In this document: in pieces, positions 46,896 to 54,712 of the stretch
Layout of the letters: every line of letters begins with the position of its first letter
Position numbering within the stretch: the first letter of the stretch is position 1
IMG/VR virus record: IMGVR_UViG_3300026521_000003
Coordinates: 186,001 to 250,000 of that record
DNA: 64,000 bases
Strand: one strand, 5' to 3'
Position numbers and translations under genes: made by a program
The notes under the pieces: model-generated
Database searches by the model: none
Told to the model about the DNA's origin: nothing
Seen by the model: only the letters and a program-made list of their open reading frames with translations

Positions 46896-48899
46896 ATGAA
46901 AACATTAATATCATCGAATGTTATAAACAAATTTAAAGCTACAATTTCTGAAGATGAATATTTAGAAAAATATGAAATACTCAAAAATTATCAATCATCT
47001 AAAAATCAGATTCTAAAAATGAAAGAGACAGAATTTCAAAGTGAATTTTTATCAAGTATTTTTGGTGATGTATTGGGATATATTCCTAGAAATAAATCTA
47101 TTTCAAATCCAAATTTAATAGTTGAAAAGAAAATCGAGGAAGGGCAAAAGTATATTGACGGAGCTATAATTGATAAAAATGGACGTTCGAGAATTGTTAT
47201 TGAACTCAAAAGTACACATCACAAAGATTTATTAGTACAAAAAAATAGTAAAGGTGGATCTGGTTTGCATGGGTTAGCACCTATTCAACAAGCATCAATA
47301 TATTTGTTTTCTGAACCTCTTGCAGCATTAGCAGTAGTTTCTAATTTTGATTCATTAATAATTTTTGATAAAAAAGAATACTTTCGTCAAGAGTTTTCAT
47401 TGTTTGAAATGGATTATGAAGAATTTAAAGAATTTTATTTAATTTTGTCATCAAATAGTTTTTGGTCTGGACTAACAAAACTCATGATTGATCAAACTTC
47501 TGAATCTGATAAAAAAATTGATGATGAGTTTTTTATTAAAACGACTGCATTATACAGAATGCTTATGAATCAAATGGATAAAAAATATGCTGAAGACCTT
47601 TTTAATAAATTTTTAGCCTTAGCAATACTAGAAGATAATGGTTCATTACCTACAAATTTAATTAATAGTGTTTATGATAAAAAAGTAGATTTTACTACAA
47701 AAGGTAGCTTTTGGGATTTATGGTCTAATTTTTTAAGAGCCATGAAAAATGATACTACATGGCAAAAATCCCAAGGTATTAATGAAAATATTGTAAAAAT
47801 GGATGTGTGGCAAGATATATCATATTTTGGGAAAGTTAAAGTAAGTAAAGCTACTTTAGATTTACTATTAGAAATATCCAAATACGATTTATGGTCTATA
47901 CCGTTGGATAGATTATTTTTTGAAATATCTAAAGATATTTTTAATCCTTACAATCTAGTTGGTGGTGAAAATTCATTTGATTTATATAAAGATATAATGA
48001 ATGAAAGTAATCATGTTGCTGGTTTCCAAACACTTTCATTTGTTTGTAAACAAATTATGCCAAATGATTTTTCACTAATTAAGTTGTTTAACGAAATTTC
48101 ATCAGAAAAAATAGTTGTTATTGATTCATCTGAGAGCAAAATTATTATGGATCGAGTTTCATCATTACCAAATTATTTTTTAGTAGTTGATTTAGATACA
48201 CTTGAAGATATAGACTTTTTAAATAGTATTAAAAATGATGTTTTCACAATATCTATAACTGAAGAATATGATGAAATATTAGTTTTTATCCAAATGTCAA
48301 TTAAACCCGGTAATGATATATGTGTTCGCAGTATAGACAATAATGGAAATATCGATTATGAATATGAAATTAAAAGAGAAGAATTGGATAAATTTAAAGT
48401 TATGTCAATTAATGATAAAAAATGGTTAGATAAGTATAATGAAACTTCAACGTATAAGTTAAAAAATTTATTAGATGTATCATCAGAAGATAAAGCTACA
48501 ATTAGATTTAATTTTGACACCCAAATAGTTACATTATTTGACGCTGAATTAGGACTATGGGAACAATCTCTAGATGATTTTATTGATTCAGATAATTATA
48601 TTTACTTTACACCTAAAGTTGATCATGCTCATTTAATTTTAAAATCATCGGATTTTAAAAAATATCTTAAATTGACGTATGTTGATAAAACAAATATATT
48701 AGATATTCTAATCTCTGAAAAATTAATAAGTTCTGAGTTTTTAGAACGTGCTATAAAGCAAGAAGAATTAAGAAAACGAATTGATTTATTTGAATTAAAA
48801 TTAGATAAAATAAAACAAACCGATGATGAACTTAAAATTGTCGAATGCGAGTCTCAACTTGATAGATTGTATGAACTTGAAAATGAATACCGTGAATAG
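46896..48899 (+). CDS. Type IIG-like restriction protein: PD-(D/E)xK nuclease plus helical domain, no recognisable methyltransferase motifs
   Basis: E..FQ..FL..IFGDVLGY, IDGAI, IVIELKS, QASIY, VVSNF and EDNGSLP. No GxG SAM-binding or NPPY motif found. Confidence 0.6.
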   Translation: MKTLISSNVINKFKATISEDEYLEKYEILKNYQSSKNQILKMKETEFQSEFLSSIFGDVLGYIPRNKSISNPNLIVEKKIEEGQKYIDGAIIDKNGRSRIVIELKSTHHKDLLVQKNSKGGSGLHGLAPIQQASIYLFSEPLAALAVVSNFDSLIIFDKKEYFRQEFSLFEMDYEEFKEFYLILSSNSFWSGLTKLMIDQTSESDKKIDDEFFIKTTALYRMLMNQMDKKYAEDLFNKFLALAILEDNGSLPTNLINSVYDKKVDFTTKGSFWDLWSNFLRAMKNDTTWQKSQGINENIVKMDVWQDISYFGKVKVSKATLDLLLEISKYDLWSIPLDRLFFEISKDIFNPYNLVGGENSFDLYKDIMNESNHVAGFQTLSFVCKQIMPNDFSLIKLFNEISSEKIVVIDSSESKIIMDRVSSLPNYFLVVDLDTLEDIDFLNSIKNDVFTISITEEYDEILVFIQMSIKPGNDICVRSIDNNGNIDYEYEIKREELDKFKVMSINDKKWLDKYNETSTYKLKNLLDVSSEDKATIRFNFDTQIVTLFDAELGLWEQSLDDFIDSDNYIYFTPKVDHAHLILKSSDFKKYLKLTYVDKTNILDILISEKLISSEFLERAIKQEELRKRIDLFELKLDKIKQTDDELKIVECESQLDRLYELENEYRE

Positions 48900-49149
48900 T
48901 AATGGAAGAATATATTCCGAAGAAGTTATAGGAGATGCTATAACTTCTATGATTATACGTAAGAAAATAGGTGAAGGTACTATAACTGTTGATAAACTCT
49001 ATGAGGAATATTCATTTTTAGATATTGATTCAATAGTTGTTGATTTATTTAAAAAGGGTATTCAGGAAAATTATTCTGAGCAAACCAAAAAATTATTAGA
49101 AGAAATAAAAAATGATATTATTGAGCGGAGACCAGAAATTTGGATTTAG
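48883..49149 (+). CDS. PE-tag protein with a gp21-protease-like N-terminal motif
   Basis: MNTVNSNGRIYSEEVI; ends ERRPEIWI*. Start uncertain (48871 or 48883). Confidence 0.65.
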   Translation: MNTVNSNGRIYSEEVIGDAITSMIIRKKIGEGTITVDKLYEEYSFLDIDSIVVDLFKKGIQENYSEQTKKLLEEIKNDIIERRPEIWI

Positions 49150-49739
49150 AAGAACAATTTAAAGATTATATTTATATTGATGAAGCAGGTAGAGGTTGTG
49201 CTGCAGGTGAATTAGTTTTTACAGGGGTTAAAGTGATTGGTGATGTATCATTTGCTAATGATTCTAAAAAGACATCGTTTAAAGAAAGAGAAGAAATGCT
49301 TCAAAAAATACTTAATAATGTTGAACATTGTACAGTTATAACTACTGCTGAAGAAATCGATAAGATAGGCTTGTCATCTGCTATTAAAAAATCTTTAGAA
49401 ACGATAATTTTATATTTTCCGAATAGTAATTATCTTTATGATGGTGATAAAACATTCGGTGTTGATGAACCTAATTTAAAAACCTTAGTTAAAGCTGATG
49501 CAAAAATTAAAGGTGTTGGTGCGGCTTCAATTATTGCTAAGTCAACTAAAGATAAGTTGATGTTGGAACATCATGAAGAATATCCTCAATATAGTTGGAA
49601 TACTAATTTTGGATATATTACTAAAAAGCATGTAGAAGCAATATTAGAATATGGATATACTTTGTATCATAGACAATCTTATAAAATAAAAGAGATAGAA
49701 TCTGTAAGAAATAAAGAGACTACTAATATTTTATTTTAG
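49140..49739 (+). CDS. rnhB: Ribonuclease HII
   Basis: IDEAGRG, DSKK, DG, VKADA, AASIIAK, YP.Y.W..N.GY.T..H and HR.SY. Confidence 0.93.
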   Translation: MDLEEQFKDYIYIDEAGRGCAAGELVFTGVKVIGDVSFANDSKKTSFKEREEMLQKILNNVEHCTVITTAEEIDKIGLSSAIKKSLETIILYFPNSNYLYDGDKTFGVDEPNLKTLVKADAKIKGVGAASIIAKSTKDKLMLEHHEEYPQYSWNTNFGYITKKHVEAILEYGYTLYHRQSYKIKEIESVRNKETTNILF

Positions 49740-50710
49740 TTTGTTTGATAGATATAATAATCAAAATCTTTTCCATTAAATTTAAATGATATTTCCCATT
49801 CTTGTCCATCGTAAGAAGCTAATTCATCGCCTCTGTTAGTGTAGCCGTGATCAAACACCCATTTCGCAATTTTATCATTATATAGTAAATTATGTCTTTT
49901 AACTATATCAGAAAGAGCTTCATCACCAAAGTGCTCTCTATACCATTCTATCGCAGAATCATATTGATTATTTAAAATTTCAATATAATCATCTTTATTT
50001 TGTTCACATTCTTGTAATGTTTCTTCGTATAATTGCATCATTTCTGATTGCCATTCACTCCACTCATCACTATCTTCATCTTCTGGTTCTTCAGGCCATT
50101 CTGGTTCATCCATTAAATTATTTTCAATTAATTCTTCATGTAGTCTATTGATTGGTTCATTAAATTGAGGTTGTTCATTTACAGCTTCATTTTCAATCTC
50201 TTGTACATAATCATAATTATTATCTTGCATTATTGGTTCAAACCATGATCTATCAATTAGTGAATCTTCTGCTAAAATGCTTTCAACCATATTATCTGGA
50301 AATGCCTCAAATATACCAATATCATCTAATAAACTTTCAATGTGTTCTAATACTTTGGTATCAGCTTCTTCATCGGTTAAAACTAAAAATGTACCTTCTC
50401 CTTCATAATCGAATTCATCAATAGAATTATAAATTGAAGATAGATTATTAACATCTACTTCAGAATTTAGGTTGTCTTTAACATGCATTATTACAGCGAA
50501 TGCTCTGCTACTATTCCAATATTCATCATCAGCTAAAGCCATATATAGTTCAGACATTAATTCATCTGTTAAATCTTCTTCTTTGATAGTAGTTTCAGAA
50601 CTAAAAAACATTAGTGCAGCATCAATATGATTTTTAATAAGTTTTCCAATTTCTCCACCAATCTCAATATCGTTCATATTGATAGTGCCTAAGGGTGTCT
50701 TGACAATCAT
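49736..50710 (-). CDS. Acidic hypothetical phage protein
   Basis: FLVLTDEEAD...RGDELASYDGQE; AATAAATA at 50731-50738 (minus). Confidence 0.7.
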   Translation of the reverse strand: MIVKTPLGTINMNDIEIGGEIGKLIKNHIDAALMFFSSETTIKEEDLTDELMSELYMALADDEYWNSSRAFAVIMHVKDNLNSEVDVNNLSSIYNSIDEFDYEGEGTFLVLTDEEADTKVLEHIESLLDDIGIFEAFPDNMVESILAEDSLIDRSWFEPIMQDNNYDYVQEIENEAVNEQPQFNEPINRLHEELIENNLMDEPEWPEEPEDEDSDEWSEWQSEMMQLYEETLQECEQNKDDYIEILNNQYDSAIEWYREHFGDEALSDIVKRHNLLYNDKIAKWVFDHGYTNRGDELASYDGQEWEISFKFNGKDFDYYIYQTN

Positions 50711-50767
50711 ATTATTTCCTTTTTTTCTTTTATTTATTCTTAAACTTTCTTTTGATATAATAAATCT

Positions 50768-51085
50768 ATGAAAAGAAAATGTGATATTTGTAATACTGAT
50801 TATTATGTTAAAAAATCTGATTTAGCTAGAGGATGGGGATTAACATGTAGTAAATCTTGTGCAGCTAAAAAAAGAGAAAGATCTAGGAATAACTATGATG
50901 AAACAACAGTTAAAATCAATAACCTTAAAAGAAAATTATGGTTTAACAAATATAGAAGTATTGAATTAGAACTCAGAAAGAAAAATAAAAATATGACCGA
51001 TATTGAAATTTGGGTTGAAATGTATAAGATTACAAATGATGAGATATTTTTATTTGATGAAATAAAAGATATTTTCATTTTTTAA
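50768..51085 (+). CDS. Zn-finger protein with C-terminal DIFIF tag
   Basis: CDIC...RGWG..CSKSC; ends MYKITNDEIFLFDEIKDIFIF*. Confidence 0.7.
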   Translation: MKRKCDICNTDYYVKKSDLARGWGLTCSKSCAAKKRERSRNNYDETTVKINNLKRKLWFNKYRSIELELRKKNKNMTDIEIWVEMYKITNDEIFLFDEIKDIFIF

Positions 51086-51094
51086 AGGATATTG

Positions 51095-51673
51095 ATGCAT
51101 ATAATATTAACAGATCATGTAAAAAATAGAAGAAAGAAAGGTAAGATCCCACCGCAAAGATTAATAGACTTTGCAACATATCTTATAAAAGAACACGATT
51201 TAAAAAATAAAGAAGATGGCCGATATAAGTTCCGTAGGAAATCAACATCAGCGATTATTTCTAAGAAAAAAGAAAAATTCACATTTATCACCTTTTTTGG
51301 TGGTACAGGATGGTTGATTGATTCTGATGATTTTTCCGGATTTAATTGCAAAAAACAAACGGCTGAACGAGTTAAACTTTCCATAAAAAGAAGTAAAGAG
51401 AAGAATAAAAATAAAATTATAAAAGAGATTAAACCATTACAAAACCTTAATGCTGAAATAAAAGATAAACTGAAAAGAGACACTTTCAAAATTGATAAGT
51501 TGCGGGGCACTACAAAAGTAATTCTTAAAGCTATGTTTGGTAATAATCCTGAATTTTTATTTTTATCTAAATTCAAATCATACAATTTAGTTTCAATTTT
51601 AAGAAGAGATGGTGGAATTATAAAAACGATTCACAAAAATAAACTTATAGAAATAGGAGTACTAGATGGATAG
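51095..51673 (+). CDS. Basic hypothetical protein
   Basis: AAGGA SD; Lys-rich. Confidence 0.65.
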   Translation: MHIILTDHVKNRRKKGKIPPQRLIDFATYLIKEHDLKNKEDGRYKFRRKSTSAIISKKKEKFTFITFFGGTGWLIDSDDFSGFNCKKQTAERVKLSIKRSKEKNKNKIIKEIKPLQNLNAEIKDKLKRDTFKIDKLRGTTKVILKAMFGNNPEFLFLSKFKSYNLVSILRRDGGIIKTIHKNKLIEIGVLDG

Positions 51674-52175
51674 TAATGGTTTTATAAAGATGATAGGTAA
51701 AATGCAAAATATGTGGCAACCTACATATATAGATGAAGAATATGTCAAGGTTTATAAAGATATTTGGTTTGTTGATTCTAGTTATCCTTTTGAAATAACC
51801 AGAGATTATGAAATGGTTTTAAAAAATGAAGATGAAATTTTATCTCAAATTGGTTTATTACCAAATGCTCAAAAAATGGTACAAATGATGATGAATTCAA
51901 CGTACGGTAGTTACGGAGTACCATCGTCAAGATTATATGGAAACCCTTCTCATTATTATGCTCGAACGATGTCTACCAATAATTTTTTTAAAGAGTACAA
52001 ATATGAAGAAGCAGCTAAAGTAGCACAAAATGAAAAATTGATTGCTCACTATAATCATAAAATTAAAAAAGCACCAAAGAAGAAAGAACAAGTTGAACGT
52101 CTTACAAAAATTATTGAAATGCTCGAACAAGAAAACGAAGATTTTATCACAGAATATCCAGAAAGGTTTATTTAA
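51666..52175 (+). CDS. PE-tag protein carrying a PolB motif-B-like peptide
   Basis: Contains QKMVQMMMNSTYGSYG; ends TEYPERFI*. Confidence 0.7.
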   Translation: MDSNGFIKMIGKMQNMWQPTYIDEEYVKVYKDIWFVDSSYPFEITRDYEMVLKNEDEILSQIGLLPNAQKMVQMMMNSTYGSYGVPSSRLYGNPSHYYARTMSTNNFFKEYKYEEAAKVAQNEKLIAHYNHKIKKAPKKKEQVERLTKIIEMLEQENEDFITEYPERFI

Positions 52176-52642
52176 TGAATACATCAACAAATCATGTACA
52201 TACGATTAATACGATACCACTTTATCAAGCCCAACATCATCTAACACAAAAACACCAAAGTACTGGAAGAATCAAGCGTTCTTTTAATCTTGGTTCCTCT
52301 TTCCAAACCGGATATAAATATCGGGTATTAACACGATTTCCATTTAGTGTTTCTAGACATGAGGAACTTGATGAAGTAACAGTTTTTGATTTTTTTGACC
52401 GTATTACTTATCATCTTTGTGAAACGAGATTGGAAGCTGAAAAAATAAGATTGGAAGCTTTAGAAGAACATTATGATGAACAATATAAAAAATATTTAGC
52501 AGATACTTCTAAATTTAAGCGCAAATCGTATAAATTTAATGGGTATGTTTCAGTTGATGGTTTAAAGGCCAAAAGGTTACTTAATAGATACAAAACTGAA
52601 TTGAATAATTTGGAAAAGGATCATCCAGAATGGCTAATTTGA
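52175..52642 (+). CDS. PE-tag protein (paralogue of 53355-53813)
   Basis: FPF, RLEAEK.R; ends KDHPEWLI*. Confidence 0.7.
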   Translation: MNTSTNHVHTINTIPLYQAQHHLTQKHQSTGRIKRSFNLGSSFQTGYKYRVLTRFPFSVSRHEELDEVTVFDFFDRITYHLCETRLEAEKIRLEALEEHYDEQYKKYLADTSKFKRKSYKFNGYVSVDGLKAKRLLNRYKTELNNLEKDHPEWLI

Positions 52643-52980
52643 ATCATATCTTATTGCCGGAACACCGAGGTAGAACATGGCTTAATAAATGGTGGAAAAC
52701 TACTTCTTCCATTAATGAAGAAGCGTTCGATATTATACTTGAGCGAGTTAATATTTTAATAGAACGTTTTGAAATTCCTGTACAAAATCCATCAATGCTA
52801 ACCTCTATAATGGATCGAATAATTAGGAACTACAATGCTATTGTTTATGAAGAAAATGGAGAAATTATGATAGTTGATTTATTTAATTATCAAACGGAGG
52901 ATACCTATGCTTTTGGCCTTGGTAACACACCAATATTCAATAAGTATATTTTCGATAATTACCCAGAGTTATTAGTATGA
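52630..52980 (+). CDS. Hypothetical protein, C-terminal PE-tag family
   Basis: Ends DNYPELLV*. Confidence 0.7.
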   Translation: MANLNHILLPEHRGRTWLNKWWKTTSSINEEAFDIILERVNILIERFEIPVQNPSMLTSIMDRIIRNYNAIVYEENGEIMIVDLFNYQTEDTYAFGLGNTPIFNKYIFDNYPELLV

Positions 52981-53342
52981 TTGATGTAGAAGATATAAAA
53001 CCAGGTACAGTTATTGAAATTCCATTAAACTTTAAATCGCATAATTTTAGTAATTTAGTTCCTGGTTCACTAGTACTTATTTACTATGTGAATAAATTTT
53101 TGTGTTCTGGGATTGATATGAAACGTTCAAAGATGATGGGAATGGATATATCATGGGATGATTTAAAGCAGGGAGTAATTGTAGATTTTATCCCTGAACC
53201 AGAACCACTTTTTTATCATTGGGTTGGAGAAGGAAGAACTACTTCGAGTACTGATGCAGTAGAAATTATTTTAAAAAAACAAGAATATCGAAAAAAATTA
53301 GGTTTATTAATAGCCGAATTTTATCCAGAATATACTTTATAA
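52977..53342 (+). CDS. Hypothetical protein, C-terminal PE-tag family
   Basis: Ends EFYPEYTL*. Confidence 0.7.
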   Translation: MIDVEDIKPGTVIEIPLNFKSHNFSNLVPGSLVLIYYVNKFLCSGIDMKRSKMMGMDISWDDLKQGVIVDFIPEPEPLFYHWVGEGRTTSSTDAVEIILKKQEYRKKLGLLIAEFYPEYTL

Positions 53343-53354
53343 TAAGGTTTAAAT

Positions 53355-53813
53355 ATGAGTTTAAATTCACTTAATTCTAAAATCGTATCTAGTCTAGGAG
53401 TCCCACTTTCAAAGATTAGACCTTTGAATACAACAATCACATCAGCACCACCTACGGCATCATCGATGGTGATGGGAGTAGATGTAGCATCTATGTATCC
53501 AAGTAGTACTAGTTCTTATAATTCTGGTGGAAATTTAAATTTTGGCTCTTTAATAGATGTACCATATTTAGTTTCTAAAGATTTTCCATTTAAAATAAAA
53601 GTTATTTCAAAATCGGATATTAAAACTATTCAAAATAGTTTTAGTGATATGATTGATCTTATGAGTAAGTATGATGGATATGGCTCAAGATTAGAAGCTG
53701 AGAAACAGCGTATTAAAAAACTTATAGATGCCACCGTAGATATTAGTATAGTAAAAGAATTAGAAAAATCATTAGAAAACATTGAAGTAGATCATCCAGA
53801 GTGGCTAATTTAA
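53355..53813 (+). CDS. PE-tag protein carrying a PolB motif-A-like peptide
   Basis: Contains MVMGVDVASMYPS; FPF, RLEAEKQR; ends VDHPEWLI*. Confidence 0.7.
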   Translation: MSLNSLNSKIVSSLGVPLSKIRPLNTTITSAPPTASSMVMGVDVASMYPSSTSSYNSGGNLNFGSLIDVPYLVSKDFPFKIKVISKSDIKTIQNSFSDMIDLMSKYDGYGSRLEAEKQRIKKLIDATVDISIVKELEKSLENIEVDHPEWLI

Positions 53814-53836
53814 ATTAATTCATAAGTGATTTAAAG

Positions 53837-53844
53837 TATAAATA
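53837..53844 (+). promoter_or_regulatory. T4-type late promoter heading the DIFIF-tag array
   Basis: Exact TATAAATA 38 nt upstream of 53882. Confidence 0.6.
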
Positions 53845-53881
53845 AGTTAAAATTCACTATTATAGTGTATTAGGAATTTTA

Positions 53882-54703
53882 ATGATTGATTTAGATTATA
53901 TTTTTGATGATGTTAAAAATAAGACAATAACAAAAAAAGAAGCGTATGAGTTAGTAAAAAATATTGGTGATAGTATGACATTTACTACGTCTAAACATAC
54001 TAGTACTGATGTGTATGTTGAAATAGCAAAAAAAATCCCTGATGATGATTTGATTGAGACTATGATAAATTCTCAAATAGAAAATTATCGTAGTAGTCAA
54101 GGGATATATAGATTGTTAGATTTAGCTTCAAAAACTTTTTTTGAAAAAAAGTGGGATGAAGCTATCAATCAACCCGGTGGTTATTATTTAAACTATTATA
54201 AGTCAAAGCATACTGATGGAGAAAAACTGTATTATTTATGGACTCATATTTTAAAGAAAAAACCGGCAGCAAAGAATTGGAAAGAAAAACTTAAACAGGG
54301 TATTTTAAGTCATCCTAATTGTCCACCAAAGATTACAAATAGACAATTAAGGAATTTAGATAATATACATATTATAGCTTTAAATAAAAATTTAGCATCT
54401 AATCCAAAGGCTCTAAAAGCTGTAGGTGATTATGCAGCAGTATTTAGACATGATGGTATATTTGAAAATCTTACAAGAAACAAATATGTTCCTTGGGAGA
54501 AAATTTCAGAAGTTGTTGATATGAAAAATCAAGTAAAAGCCATGATGACACCTTCTGTACCTGTAACGTTTAGAAGAAAAGCTGCAATATTAGAATTTTT
54601 TAGAAGAGAAGATACTCCTGATAAAGCGAGAGAGGTAATGTATAAAATTACTGGTGATGATGAATTTTTACCTAAAGAGGTACGAGACCTCTTTATTTTT
54701 TAA
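53882..54703 (+). CDS. Helical-repeat protein, DIFIF-tag family
   Basis: LRV-like HPNCP; ends MYKITGDDEFLPKEVRDLFIF*. Confidence 0.75.
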   Translation: MIDLDYIFDDVKNKTITKKEAYELVKNIGDSMTFTTSKHTSTDVYVEIAKKIPDDDLIETMINSQIENYRSSQGIYRLLDLASKTFFEKKWDEAINQPGGYYLNYYKSKHTDGEKLYYLWTHILKKKPAAKNWKEKLKQGILSHPNCPPKITNRQLRNLDNIHIIALNKNLASNPKALKAVGDYAAVFRHDGIFENLTRNKYVPWEKISEVVDMKNQVKAMMTPSVPVTFRRKAAILEFFRREDTPDKAREVMYKITGDDEFLPKEVRDLFIF

Positions 54704-54712
54704 GGATATATT

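Noticed and set aside
52630-53342. Possible major-capsid-like peptides in two PE-tag ORFs (LNKW, NPSMLTSIMDR)
   Set aside because: Similarity is too weak to support without a profile search.
1548-53813. PE motif as a purely DNA-level site (attC-like or terminator)
   Set aside because: Synonymous codon variation, a fixed reading frame and fixed distance to the stop, and no palindrome all point to selection on the peptide.
42995-53813. A functional split DNA polymerase assembled from the three motif-bearing ORFs
   Set aside because: Only 8-16 aa per ORF resemble PolB, there are no inteins, the motif-B Lys is missing, and the surrounding palm and fingers sequence is absent.
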